From: Nocardioidaceae bacterium
GTDB taxonomy: Bacteria; Actinomycetota; Actinomycetes; Propionibacteriales; Nocardioidaceae
NCBI GenBank assembly: GCA_035633755.1
Contig: DASQEH010000054.1
Coordinates: 14,503-78,502, forward strand
Direction of reading: 5' to 3'
Length of the DNA: 64,000 nt
The position numbers and the translations under genes were made by a program. The notes beneath the pieces were generated by a model. The model searched no databases. It was not told the DNA's origin and worked only from the letters and a program-made list of their open reading frames with translations. Of this stretch, positions 56,880-64,000 are shown piece after piece (the first letter of the stretch is position 1; each line of letters opens with the position of its first letter).

Positions 56880-57530
56880 TCACCAGCCGCGGGCGCGCCA
56901 CTCGGCCAGATGCGGCCGCTCCGCACCGAGCGTGGTGTCGTTCCCGTGGCCGGGATACACCCAGGTCTCGTCCGGCAGGCGGGAGAAGACCTTCGTCTCG
57001 AGGTCCGTCATCAGCGATTCGAAGTCCTCGGGGGTGAGCGTTCTCCCGGGCCCTCCGGGAAACAGGCTGTCCCCTGTCCACAGGTGCGGTGGCCCCGTGG
57101 GATCGTCGTAGAGGAGCGCGATCGAGCCCGGGGTGTGCCCGACGAGGCAGATCACCTCCAGGTCGACATCGCCGACGGACACCACATCTGCGTCCGTCAC
57201 CGCTCTGTCCGTCGCGACGGGGATCCCCTCGACGTCATCGGCTCCGACGACGGTGGTGGCGCCGGTCGCCTTGACCACGGCCGCCAGCGCGCTCCAGTGG
57301 TCATGGTGCTGGTGCGTCGTCACGATGGTCGCCAGCGGCTCACCGGCCAGCAGGCCCAGCAGGACGTCAGCCTCCGCTGCGGCGTCGATGAGCAGCGACT
57401 CGTCGGTGCGTCTGCTCCTCAGCAGGTAGGCGTTGTTGTCCATCGGCCCGACCGAGGCCTTGGTGACCATCAGCTCTGCCAGCTCACGCACTGCTGCACG
57501 ACCAGGTCGCACAGCTCCGGAGTAGGTCAT
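56880..57530 (-). CDS. MBL-fold metallo-hydrolase
   Basis: HxHxDH as THQHHDHW, plus later GHTPGS and PGHG. ATG 57530 overlaps the upstream stop (ATGA). Confidence 0.85.
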   Translation of the reverse strand: MTYSGAVRPGRAAVRELAELMVTKASVGPMDNNAYLLRSRRTDESLLIDAAAEADVLLGLLAGEPLATIVTTHQHHDHWSALAAVVKATGATTVVGADDVEGIPVATDRAVTDADVVSVGDVDLEVICLVGHTPGSIALLYDDPTGPPHLWTGDSLFPGGPGRTLTPEDFESLMTDLETKVFSRLPDETWVYPGHGNDTTLGAERPHLAEWRARGW

Positions 57531-58240
57531 CTCCATGCCCCCTGAGGCGGAAGTGCCCCGGACTCGGTGTACAGACCGATGCCGTCGGTTCGTCCGATGA
57601 GCCATCCCAGCAGCGATGGGGGAGGACCGGATATCTCCGGCCCTCCACCGGCGACGACCCAGCGTCCCTCGTCGTCGTTTCCGACGAGGACGCAGCCGGT
57701 GAAGTCGTCGCGGTGCGAGGACTCGTCTGCGATGTCATCGAGAAGTGCCTCGACGAAGTCCTCGGGCCAGTGCGCGAGGGTGTAGTCGAGGTTGAGATCG
57801 ATGTGGTGCACTTCGACTTCGGTGCGCCGCAGGAACGGGATCACCGATGCCGACCCGTGCCGGTCGTGGCTTCCCCAAACCAGCTCCCGGGTCCATGCGC
57901 CGGGCTCCAGCGACCCCATTGCGGCCAGGAGTCGCTCGTGGGAGTCGTGCACATCGGACCGTAGCTCGGCGGCGGAGCGATCGGACTGGGCTGCGATGAC
58001 GGCGTCGCGCTCTTCCCGGCTCGGGTACATCGGGGTGCGGACGCCGGTCCGCGCCCACTCCACGAGGTTGCCGAGCGCGTCGGCGTTGCGGGCCACATGG
58101 GTGAGCACGTGACCTCGGCTCCAACCGGGCAACAGCGATGGTTCGCGGGCTTGTGCGTCGGTGAGGGTGGAGATGGTGTGCTCGAGCGCCGAGGTGGACG
58201 ATCTCACAGCGTCGATCTGAGACAGAGTGTCAGCTGCCAT
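57527..58240 (-). CDS. Maleylpyruvate isomerase-family, mycothiol-dependent (DinB/MDMPI N-terminal domain) protein
   Basis: [17 protein letters not shown].. DinB-like metal-site region. ATG 58240 lies 6 nt after TAGGTT on the minus strand, which suggests a leaderless mRNA. Confidence 0.75.
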   Translation of the reverse strand: MAADTLSQIDAVRSSTSALEHTISTLTDAQAREPSLLPGWSRGHVLTHVARNADALGNLVEWARTGVRTPMYPSREERDAVIAAQSDRSAAELRSDVHDSHERLLAAMGSLEPGAWTRELVWGSHDRHGSASVIPFLRRTEVEVHHIDLNLDYTLAHWPEDFVEALLDDIADESSHRDDFTGCVLVGNDDEGRWVVAGGGPEISGPPPSLLGWLIGRTDGIGLYTESGALPPQGAWR

Positions 58241-58330
58241 GGCCAAAACCTACCGCCTGTCCATGTCCGTTTGGGGCGTGGGAGATCATGGTGGCGAGCG
58301 TCGCGGCTCGCCGAACGGAGAGCCGCTCGT

Positions 58331-58353
58331 AGGTCGGCTGCCATGGGTAGACT
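58331..58353 (+). promoter_or_regulatory. uvrA promoter: AGGTCGGCT-N8-TAGACT (RecA-NDp-like register)
   Basis: GTCGG is in the same register as at uvrB. The -10 TAGACT ends 1 nt before the SOS box. Confidence 0.4.
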
Positions 58354-58354
58354 T

Positions 58355-58370
58355 GCGAACACATGTTCGA
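58355..58370. promoter_or_regulatory. LexA operator (SOS box) GCGAACACATGTTCGA upstream of uvrA
   Basis: 15 of 16 match to TCGAAC-N4-GTTCGA. It is immediately downstream of the -10 TAGACT and 36 nt upstream of GTG 58406. Confidence 0.7.
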
Positions 58371-58405
58371 ACCTGTCAGTGTGTCGCGCGGTGAAGGGTG
58401 CAAGG

Positions 58406-61396
58406 GTGGCCGATCAGCTGATCATTCGCGGAGCCCGCGAACACAACCTCAAGGACGTCTCGCTCGACCTTCCCCGCGACGCGCTGATCGTGTTCACTGG
58501 CTTGTCCGGTTCCGGCAAGTCCAGCCTGGCGTTCGACACGATCTTCGCCGAGGGTCAGCGCCGGTACGTCGAGTCGTTGTCGGCCTACGCCCGGCAGTTC
58601 CTGGGGCAGATGGACAAGCCGGACGTCGACTTCATCGAGGGACTGTCCCCGGCGGTATCCATCGACCAGAAGTCGACGTCGCGCAACCCGCGCTCGACCG
58701 TCGGGACCATCACCGAGGTGTACGACTACCTGCGACTGCTGTTCGCACGGGCCGGCCGGCCTCACTGTCCCGTCTGCGGCAGGGCGATCGCCCGTCAGAC
58801 GCCGCAGCAGATCGTCGACCGGGTGCTCGAGCTCGATCAAGGTGCCCGGTTCCAGGTTCTTGCGCCGGTGATCCGCGGCCGCAAGGGCGAGTACGTCGAC
58901 CTGTTCCGCCAGCTCCAGGCACAGGGCTTCTCGCGTGTCCGGGTCAACGGCGAGACCCACCCCTTGACCGAGCCCCCCAAGCTGGACAAGCAGAAGAAGC
59001 ACACGATCGAGGTGGTCGTCGACCGGCTGGCCGTCAAAGAGTCCGCCAAGCGTCGGCTGACCGACTCGATCGAGACCGCACTGGGCTTGTCCGGTGGACT
59101 GGTGACGTTGGACTTCGTCGATCTTGCGGCTGACGACCCCCACCGCCTGCGTGTGTTCTCCGAGCACCTCGCCTGCCTCTACGACGACTTGAGCTTCGAG
59201 GAGCTCGAGCCACGGTCGTTCTCGTTCAACTCACCGTTCGGTGCCTGCGCGGAGTGCCACGGGTTGGGAACCCGGATGATCGTCGACCCGGAGCTGGTCA
59301 TCCCCGATGACGGCAAGTCGCTTCTCGAGGACGCGATCGCCCCCTGGTCCGCGGCGCACATCTCGGAGTACTTCGCCCGCCTGCTCGAGGCGCTGGCCGA
59401 CGAGATGGGCTTCACGCTCGACACACCGTGGCGCGACCTGCCCCGTCGTGCCAAGGAGTCCATCCTGGGCGGCCACCCCTCCAAGCTGCATGTGCGCTAC
59501 AAGAACCGCTACGGCCGCGAGCGGTCGTACTACGCGATGTTCGAGGGCGTACTGCCCTACATCGAGCGACGGCACACCGAGGCAGAGAGTGACACGAGCC
59601 GCGAGCGGTTCGAGGGGTTCATGCGCGAAGTGCCGTGCCTCGTCTGCGGTGGCGCCCGACTCAAGCCGATCTCGCTGGCCGTGACCATCGGCGGCAAGAA
59701 CATCGCCGACATCAGTGCCCTCCCGGTCGATGAGGCGTCGCGGTTCCTCAACGGTGACCTCGGGCTGACCGCTCGCGAGTTCCAGATCGCCGAGCGGGTG
59801 ATCAAGGAGATCAACGAACGCCTTCGGTTCCTCCTCGACGTGGGGCTGGACTACCTCAGCTTGAACCGCCCGTCCGGTTCCCTGTCGGGCGGTGAGGCAC
59901 AACGCATTCGGTTGGCGACGCAGATCGGCGCCGGCCTCGTCGGGGTGCTGTACGTCCTCGACGAACCGTCCATCGGGCTGCACCAAAGAGACAACCACCG
60001 GCTGATCGAGACGCTGATCCGCCTGCGTGACCTCGGCAACACCCTCATCGTCGTCGAGCACGACGAGGACACCATCCGCAACGCCGACTGGGCCGTCGAC
60101 ATCGGACCGGGGGCTGGCGAGCACGGCGGGCAGGTGGTCGTGTCAGGTTCGGTCGAGGAGCTGCTGACGCATCCGGACTCGCTGACCGGTGCGTACCTGT
60201 CGGGTCGGATCGAGATCCCCCTGCCGCAGCATCGCCGCTCACCGACACCGGGACTCGAGCTGGTCGTGCACAACGCCCGCGAACACAACCTGCAAGACGT
60301 CTCCGTTGCCTTCCCCCTGGGCTGCTTCATCGCGGTCACCGGGGTGTCCGGATCGGGGAAGTCGACGCTCGTCAACTCGATCCTGTACTCCGCTCTCGCC
60401 AAGCGCATCTACAACGCCCGAGACGTCCCGGGACGCCACCGCGACATCACGGGCGTGGACCTTGTGGACAAGGTGATCCACGTCGACCAGTCGCCGATCG
60501 GCCGCACCCCACGCTCCAACCCGGCGACCTACACCGGTGTCTTCGATCACGTCCGGCGGCTGTTCGCCCAGACCCCGGAAGCCAAGATCCGCGGCTACCT
60601 CCAAGGACGGTTCTCCTTCAACGTCAAAGGCGGGCGCTGCGAGGCCTGCTCGGGTGACGGGACCATCAAGATCGAGATGAACTTCCTACCCGACGTCTAC
60701 GTCCCGTGCGAGGTATGCCACGGTGCCCGGTACAACCGCGAGACCCTCGAGGTGCACTACAAGGGCAAGACGATCGCCGAGGTCCTCGACATGCCGATCG
60801 AGGAGGCGGTCGACTTCTTCGAGGCGATCCCGGCGATCTCTCGCCACCTGCGGACCCTGGTCGACGTCGGGCTGGGCTATGTACGGCTCGGGCAGCCGGC
60901 GCCCACGCTTTCTGGGGGTGAGGCCCAACGCGTGAAGCTGGCGTCGGAGTTGCAGAAGCGGTCCACGGGAAGGACTGTCTACGTGCTCGATGAGCCAACG
61001 ACCGGGCTTCACTTCGAGGACATCCGCAAGCTCCTCGGGGTGCTGTCACGGTTGGTCGACCAGGGCAACACCGTGATCGTCATCGAGCACAACCTCGATG
61101 TCATCAAGACGGCCGACTGGCTCGTCGACCTCGGGCCCGACGGTGGCAACAAGGGTGGCCTGGTCGTCGCCGAAGGCACGCCCGAGCAGGTCGCCGACGT
61201 GTCCGCGAGCTACACGGGTGCCTTCCTCAGGCCGATCCTGCAGGGTCGTGGTGTCAGTGTCGCGCCACCGGACCTCGACCTCTTGGCGCCGACGGCACCG
61301 GCTCAGGAGCGTGCCGCGCGGGGTGGGAGGACGGCAGCCGCTCTGCGTACGCGCCCGGTCAACACCGGGACGGGGAAGTCCACGGCCAGCCGCTGA
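58406..61396 (+). CDS. uvrA: Excinuclease ABC subunit A
   Basis: [24 protein letters not shown].., two ABC modules ([23 protein letters not shown]), signature LSGGEAQR twice, and zinc modules [13 protein letters not shown] and [15 protein letters not shown] reject the track extension to 58097. Confidence 0.97.
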   Translation: MADQLIIRGAREHNLKDVSLDLPRDALIVFTGLSGSGKSSLAFDTIFAEGQRRYVESLSAYARQFLGQMDKPDVDFIEGLSPAVSIDQKSTSRNPRSTVGTITEVYDYLRLLFARAGRPHCPVCGRAIARQTPQQIVDRVLELDQGARFQVLAPVIRGRKGEYVDLFRQLQAQGFSRVRVNGETHPLTEPPKLDKQKKHTIEVVVDRLAVKESAKRRLTDSIETALGLSGGLVTLDFVDLAADDPHRLRVFSEHLACLYDDLSFEELEPRSFSFNSPFGACAECHGLGTRMIVDPELVIPDDGKSLLEDAIAPWSAAHISEYFARLLEALADEMGFTLDTPWRDLPRRAKESILGGHPSKLHVRYKNRYGRERSYYAMFEGVLPYIERRHTEAESDTSRERFEGFMREVPCLVCGGARLKPISLAVTIGGKNIADISALPVDEASRFLNGDLGLTAREFQIAERVIKEINERLRFLLDVGLDYLSLNRPSGSLSGGEAQRIRLATQIGAGLVGVLYVLDEPSIGLHQRDNHRLIETLIRLRDLGNTLIVVEHDEDTIRNADWAVDIGPGAGEHGGQVVVSGSVEELLTHPDSLTGAYLSGRIEIPLPQHRRSPTPGLELVVHNAREHNLQDVSVAFPLGCFIAVTGVSGSGKSTLVNSILYSALAKRIYNARDVPGRHRDITGVDLVDKVIHVDQSPIGRTPRSNPATYTGVFDHVRRLFAQTPEAKIRGYLQGRFSFNVKGGRCEACSGDGTIKIEMNFLPDVYVPCEVCHGARYNRETLEVHYKGKTIAEVLDMPIEEAVDFFEAIPAISRHLRTLVDVGLGYVRLGQPAPTLSGGEAQRVKLASELQKRSTGRTVYVLDEPTTGLHFEDIRKLLGVLSRLVDQGNTVIVIEHNLDVIKTADWLVDLGPDGGNKGGLVVAEGTPEQVADVSASYTGAFLRPILQGRGVSVAPPDLDLLAPTAPAQERAARGGRTAAALRTRPVNTGTGKSTASR

Positions 61397-61512
61397 CACT
61401 CATCACCGATCGACCGCGCCGGTTGGTGCTGTCGGTGCTAGCACCATCGGGCAGTTGTCTCAGTGTGATCGCTGGCTAGGCTCGCAGAAGTCCCTAGGTC
61501 GAAGGAGCAGGA

Positions 61513-62103
61513 ATGGTCGACGACATCGGCGGCGCCGAGGCATCGGGCGTTCGCCCGACCGGAACGGGTCGCCTCAGCGCAGCGTCGCGGATCGGGGAGA
61601 CCGTGACATCGGGTGGGACAACGCGGCGCACAATCCTCCGGGGAGCGCTGCTCGCGGGTGTCGCCACGCCGCTACTGGCGGCGTGCGCCGACGACGTCGG
61701 TATCAGCGACGAGGACACGTCGACCGAGGAGAAGTCGACGAGCGCCGAGCCGCCTACGGGGGGCGGCAACGGCGCTGAGTCCGAGGGCGGCGACGACACA
61801 GAGTCGCAGAGCCGTGCCAGCAACGCTGTGGCGAAGACCACCGACGTTCCCGAGGGAAGCGGTGTGATCCTGGAGGACGACGGCGTTGTCATCACGCAGC
61901 CCGTCGCCGGCACGTTCAACGGGTTCAGCAACATCTGCACGCATCAGGGCTGCCCGCTCTTCGACGTCACCGAGACGATCAACTGCAACTGCCACGGCAG
62001 CAAGTTCTCGATCGAGGACGGAAGCGTCGTGCAAGGTCCGGCCGAGAAGCCACTGCCGACGCAGGGACTCGTCGTCTCCGGCAACGAGATCACGCTCGGC
62101 TGA
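61513..62103 (+). CDS. Rieske [2Fe-2S] domain protein, Tat-exported lipoprotein
   Basis: Twin-arginine TRRTILRGALLAG, lipobox LLAAC, an acidic G/S/E linker, and Rieske ligands CTHQGCP .. CNCHGS. GAAGGAGCAGGA precedes the ATG. Confidence 0.85.
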   Translation: MVDDIGGAEASGVRPTGTGRLSAASRIGETVTSGGTTRRTILRGALLAGVATPLLAACADDVGISDEDTSTEEKSTSAEPPTGGGNGAESEGGDDTESQSRASNAVAKTTDVPEGSGVILEDDGVVITQPVAGTFNGFSNICTHQGCPLFDVTETINCNCHGSKFSIEDGSVVQGPAEKPLPTQGLVVSGNEITLG

Positions 62104-62161
62104 CCCACCCCGGGGCCGAGTGGCGACCAGCGCTCCGGGGTCTGGAATCAGGAGCGTCAGC

Positions 62162-63448
62162 TCAGGGGCTGAGGGTGGCCGCTGCCAGGAAGGCCAGGTC
62201 GCGGCGGCAGACGCGTCGGTCCAGCCGACGGTCGATCAGAGTTCGGGCCTCCTCGATGCGAGCGGCCGCCAACAGCGCCGCGATCAGCGTGTCCTCAACG
62301 ATCTCACGCTGCGCTTCGCTGCCGCCCAACCGCCAGATCGAGCCGAGCAGGTCCTGCAGCCGGTCTGCCGCCACGCTCGGGTCATTCTCGCAGAGCGCCC
62401 GCAGCGCGGCCGCCAAGGGGGAGACGACGGCCGCGTACGTCGGGTCGCGATGATCCTGCGCCCAACGCTCCAACCGGGTCAGCCGCTCGCTCTGCCCGAG
62501 CGCACACAAGGTGACCGCGGCATGGAGCGCCATGAACGGCGTCGGTGGCTTGTCGAGGAGGTCCTCGTCGATGCTGTCGACCACCGATTCGACCCCGGGG
62601 ACTGATACGGCACCGGGTGTGATCGCCCATCGCCATAGCAACGAACAGGAGTCGACCAGGGCGCGGCAGCCGAATACCGCGGGCGGAGAGAGCTGGGCCG
62701 CATACCGGCTCTGCACGGCGGCGAAGTCGCCCATCGACAGCTCGTGCAGTGCTGCGTGCCACGAGTAGTGCGCCAGGTTGTCGGCGCTTCGGCCCGGTCC
62801 CTCGATCCAGCCGTCGATCCAGTCGCGACCGGATCGGTGGTCGCCGGTCTCGTAGTGGACATGCGTGCGGGCATGCACGGAGTGCCCAGCGGCCGGCTCG
62901 ACCTCGAGCGAGGCGCACGACAGCCGCATGGCCTCGTCCCACTGCCGCTGCTCCTGCCGGATGAAAGCCAGCAACCCGCAGAACCACCAGTCCGACCCGT
63001 AGGCCGGTCGGGCACGCTCGACGATCGCCCATGACTCCTCCGGGACGGTGGTCACTCCTGAGAAGGCAATGGTGGGTACCGCAACCGACAGCAGCAGGGC
63101 ATCCTGCGGATAGTCGCGCAGGTGGGAGATGAGAGGCGCGGAGTCGCCCTTGATGTGGGCTCCGACGGCGTGCACATGGCGACGTTCGCGCTCCGTGGCG
63201 CGTCGAGCATGCATGGTGGCCGCCGTCATTCGCGCCTCGACGTCGACGGCCTTGCAGTACTCGTAGCCGAGAAGAGCCAGAGCTGCGTGACCGAGCGCGA
63301 AGGTCGGATCGTGCGCGATCGACTCAGCGACGGCCTCGAGGCCACCCGCCTGCACCTTGAGCAACGCGTCGACGCCACGGTTGTACGCCTCGCTGGCGGC
63401 GGGGGAGGTGGTCTGGGCCAAACCGTAGCGGTCGCAGGTACCGTGCAT
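62162..63448 (-). CDS. Tetratricopeptide-repeat protein (TTC38-like)
   Basis: 428 aa, all-helical, with repeated A/L/W/H-rich 34-aa-like units. The family call comes from general resemblance only. Confidence 0.5.
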   Translation of the reverse strand: MHGTCDRYGLAQTTSPAASEAYNRGVDALLKVQAGGLEAVAESIAHDPTFALGHAALALLGYEYCKAVDVEARMTAATMHARRATERERRHVHAVGAHIKGDSAPLISHLRDYPQDALLLSVAVPTIAFSGVTTVPEESWAIVERARPAYGSDWWFCGLLAFIRQEQRQWDEAMRLSCASLEVEPAAGHSVHARTHVHYETGDHRSGRDWIDGWIEGPGRSADNLAHYSWHAALHELSMGDFAAVQSRYAAQLSPPAVFGCRALVDSCSLLWRWAITPGAVSVPGVESVVDSIDEDLLDKPPTPFMALHAAVTLCALGQSERLTRLERWAQDHRDPTYAAVVSPLAAALRALCENDPSVAADRLQDLLGSIWRLGGSEAQREIVEDTLIAALLAAARIEEARTLIDRRLDRRVCRRDLAFLAAATLSP

Positions 63449-63576
63449 CCCACCCCTCCCCGGGGACCGCTCCCTTGGCGGGTGCCGGACGCGATGGAGA
63501 GAGCCGTTCCCTGTTCAGTACCTTACCGCTCCAACTCATCACGTCCGCCGGCTTCGGCCCGGAGGTTCGGCGGGGA

Positions 63577-63599
63577 TTGTCTTGACCGGCTCGTAGGGT
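63577..63599 (+). promoter_or_regulatory. uvrC promoter: TTGTCTTGA-N8-TAGGGT, GTG 6 nt downstream
   Basis: TTGTC plus exact N8 spacing to a TAnnnT hexamer. Leaderless geometry. Confidence 0.35.
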
Positions 63600-63605
63600 T
63601 GTCAT

Positions 63606-64000
63606 GTGCCCGACCCGTCCCTCTACCGCCCAGCGCCGGGTTCCATCCCCGATGCCCCGGGCGTGTATCGGTTCCGCGATGCCCGCGGCCGGGTCATCTA
63701 CGTCGGCAAGGCCAAGTCCCTGCGCTCGCGCGTGTCGTCGTACTTCCAGGACGTCGCGAACCTGCATCAGCGCACCGCGACGATGGTGACGACGGCCGCA
63801 TCGGTCGAGTGGACGGTCGTGCAGACCGAGGTTGAGGCACTGCAGCTCGAGTACTCCTGGATCAAGGAGTTCGACCCCCGCTTCAACGTCAAGTACCGCG
63901 ACGACAAGTCGTACCCCTGGCTGGCGGTGACACTGAACGAGGAGTTCCCTCGCGTCATGGTCGGGCGCGGGCCGAAGAAGAAGGGTGTCCGTTACTTCGG
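63606..64000 (+). CDS. uvrC: Excinuclease ABC subunit C, 5' part (runs off window)
   Basis: [43 protein letters not shown].. (GIY-YIG) is near-identical to the remembered mycobacterial UvrC N-terminus. It is absent from the ORF track because no stop falls in the window. Confidence 0.95.
   Translation, partial: MPDPSLYRPAPGSIPDAPGVYRFRDARGRVIYVGKAKSLRSRVSSYFQDVANLHQRTATMVTTAASVEWTVVQTEVEALQLEYSWIKEFDPRFNVKYRDDKSYPWLAVTLNEEFPRVMVGRGPKKKGVRYF

Noticed and set aside
1-64000. Scan for CRISPR arrays, tRNA/rRNA genes, IS elements, integrases, toxin-antitoxin pairs or defence-island gene sets.
   Set aside because: I saw no regularly spaced repeats, cloverleaf-like segments, transposase or integrase motifs, or helicase/nuclease/ATPase clusters other than the Uvr, ligase and topoisomerase genes. 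The only exact repeats are the short ones reported above.

Overview
This is a high-GC actinobacterial chromosomal core segment with about 58 protein genes. I saw no rRNA, tRNA, CRISPR array, transposase or integrase. Gene order follows two conserved neighbourhoods that I know from memory. One is the Streptomyces-type principal sigma factor (hrdB/sigA) - DUF7455 - topoisomerase IV-like parE ... parC block. The other is the Mycobacterium-type suhB - DUF4193 - dut - DUF3710 - OB-fold - DUF3159 - trkA/trkA (ceoBC-like) - APC permease - RNA methyltransferase - acn - dxs block. The window also holds a fabG4/htdX/fadA2-like lipid cluster, ligB, an alkA-like glycosylase, uvrB, a TerC gene, uvrA and the 5' end of uvrC. 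Many long antisense or N-terminally extended ORFs in the track are GC-driven artefacts, so I re-picked starts from SD sequences, leaderless -10 boxes and remembered orthologue N-termini. I found no clear defence-island-like or mobile novel system, and most of the window is ordinary core genome. The signals most worth follow-up are listed here. (1) A perfect LexA box sits over the leaderless promoter of an uncharacterised 123-aa gene upstream of dxs, and its 17-nt core is identical to the uvrA box. (2) A RecA-independent (PafBC-type, RecA-NDp-like) promoter motif recurs in exact register upstream of uvrB, uvrA, ligB, the alkA-like gene and, more weakly, uvrC. (3) A putative yybP-ykoY (Mn2+) riboswitch precedes the TerC gene and has an explicit anti-SD/SD alternative pairing. 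(4) A GAF-ANTAR regulator is followed by a structured 238-nt leader and an orphan secreted protein, inside a small lower-GC accessory islet. (5) A trkA pair is encoded divergently from a KimA-like APC permease, with no TrkH/KtrB gene in the window. (6) Several AT-rich or perfect palindromes lie in promoter regions (acn, fabG4/fadA2), and a tandem hairpin repeat follows dxs. All family names come from motif recognition by eye, and no database search was run.
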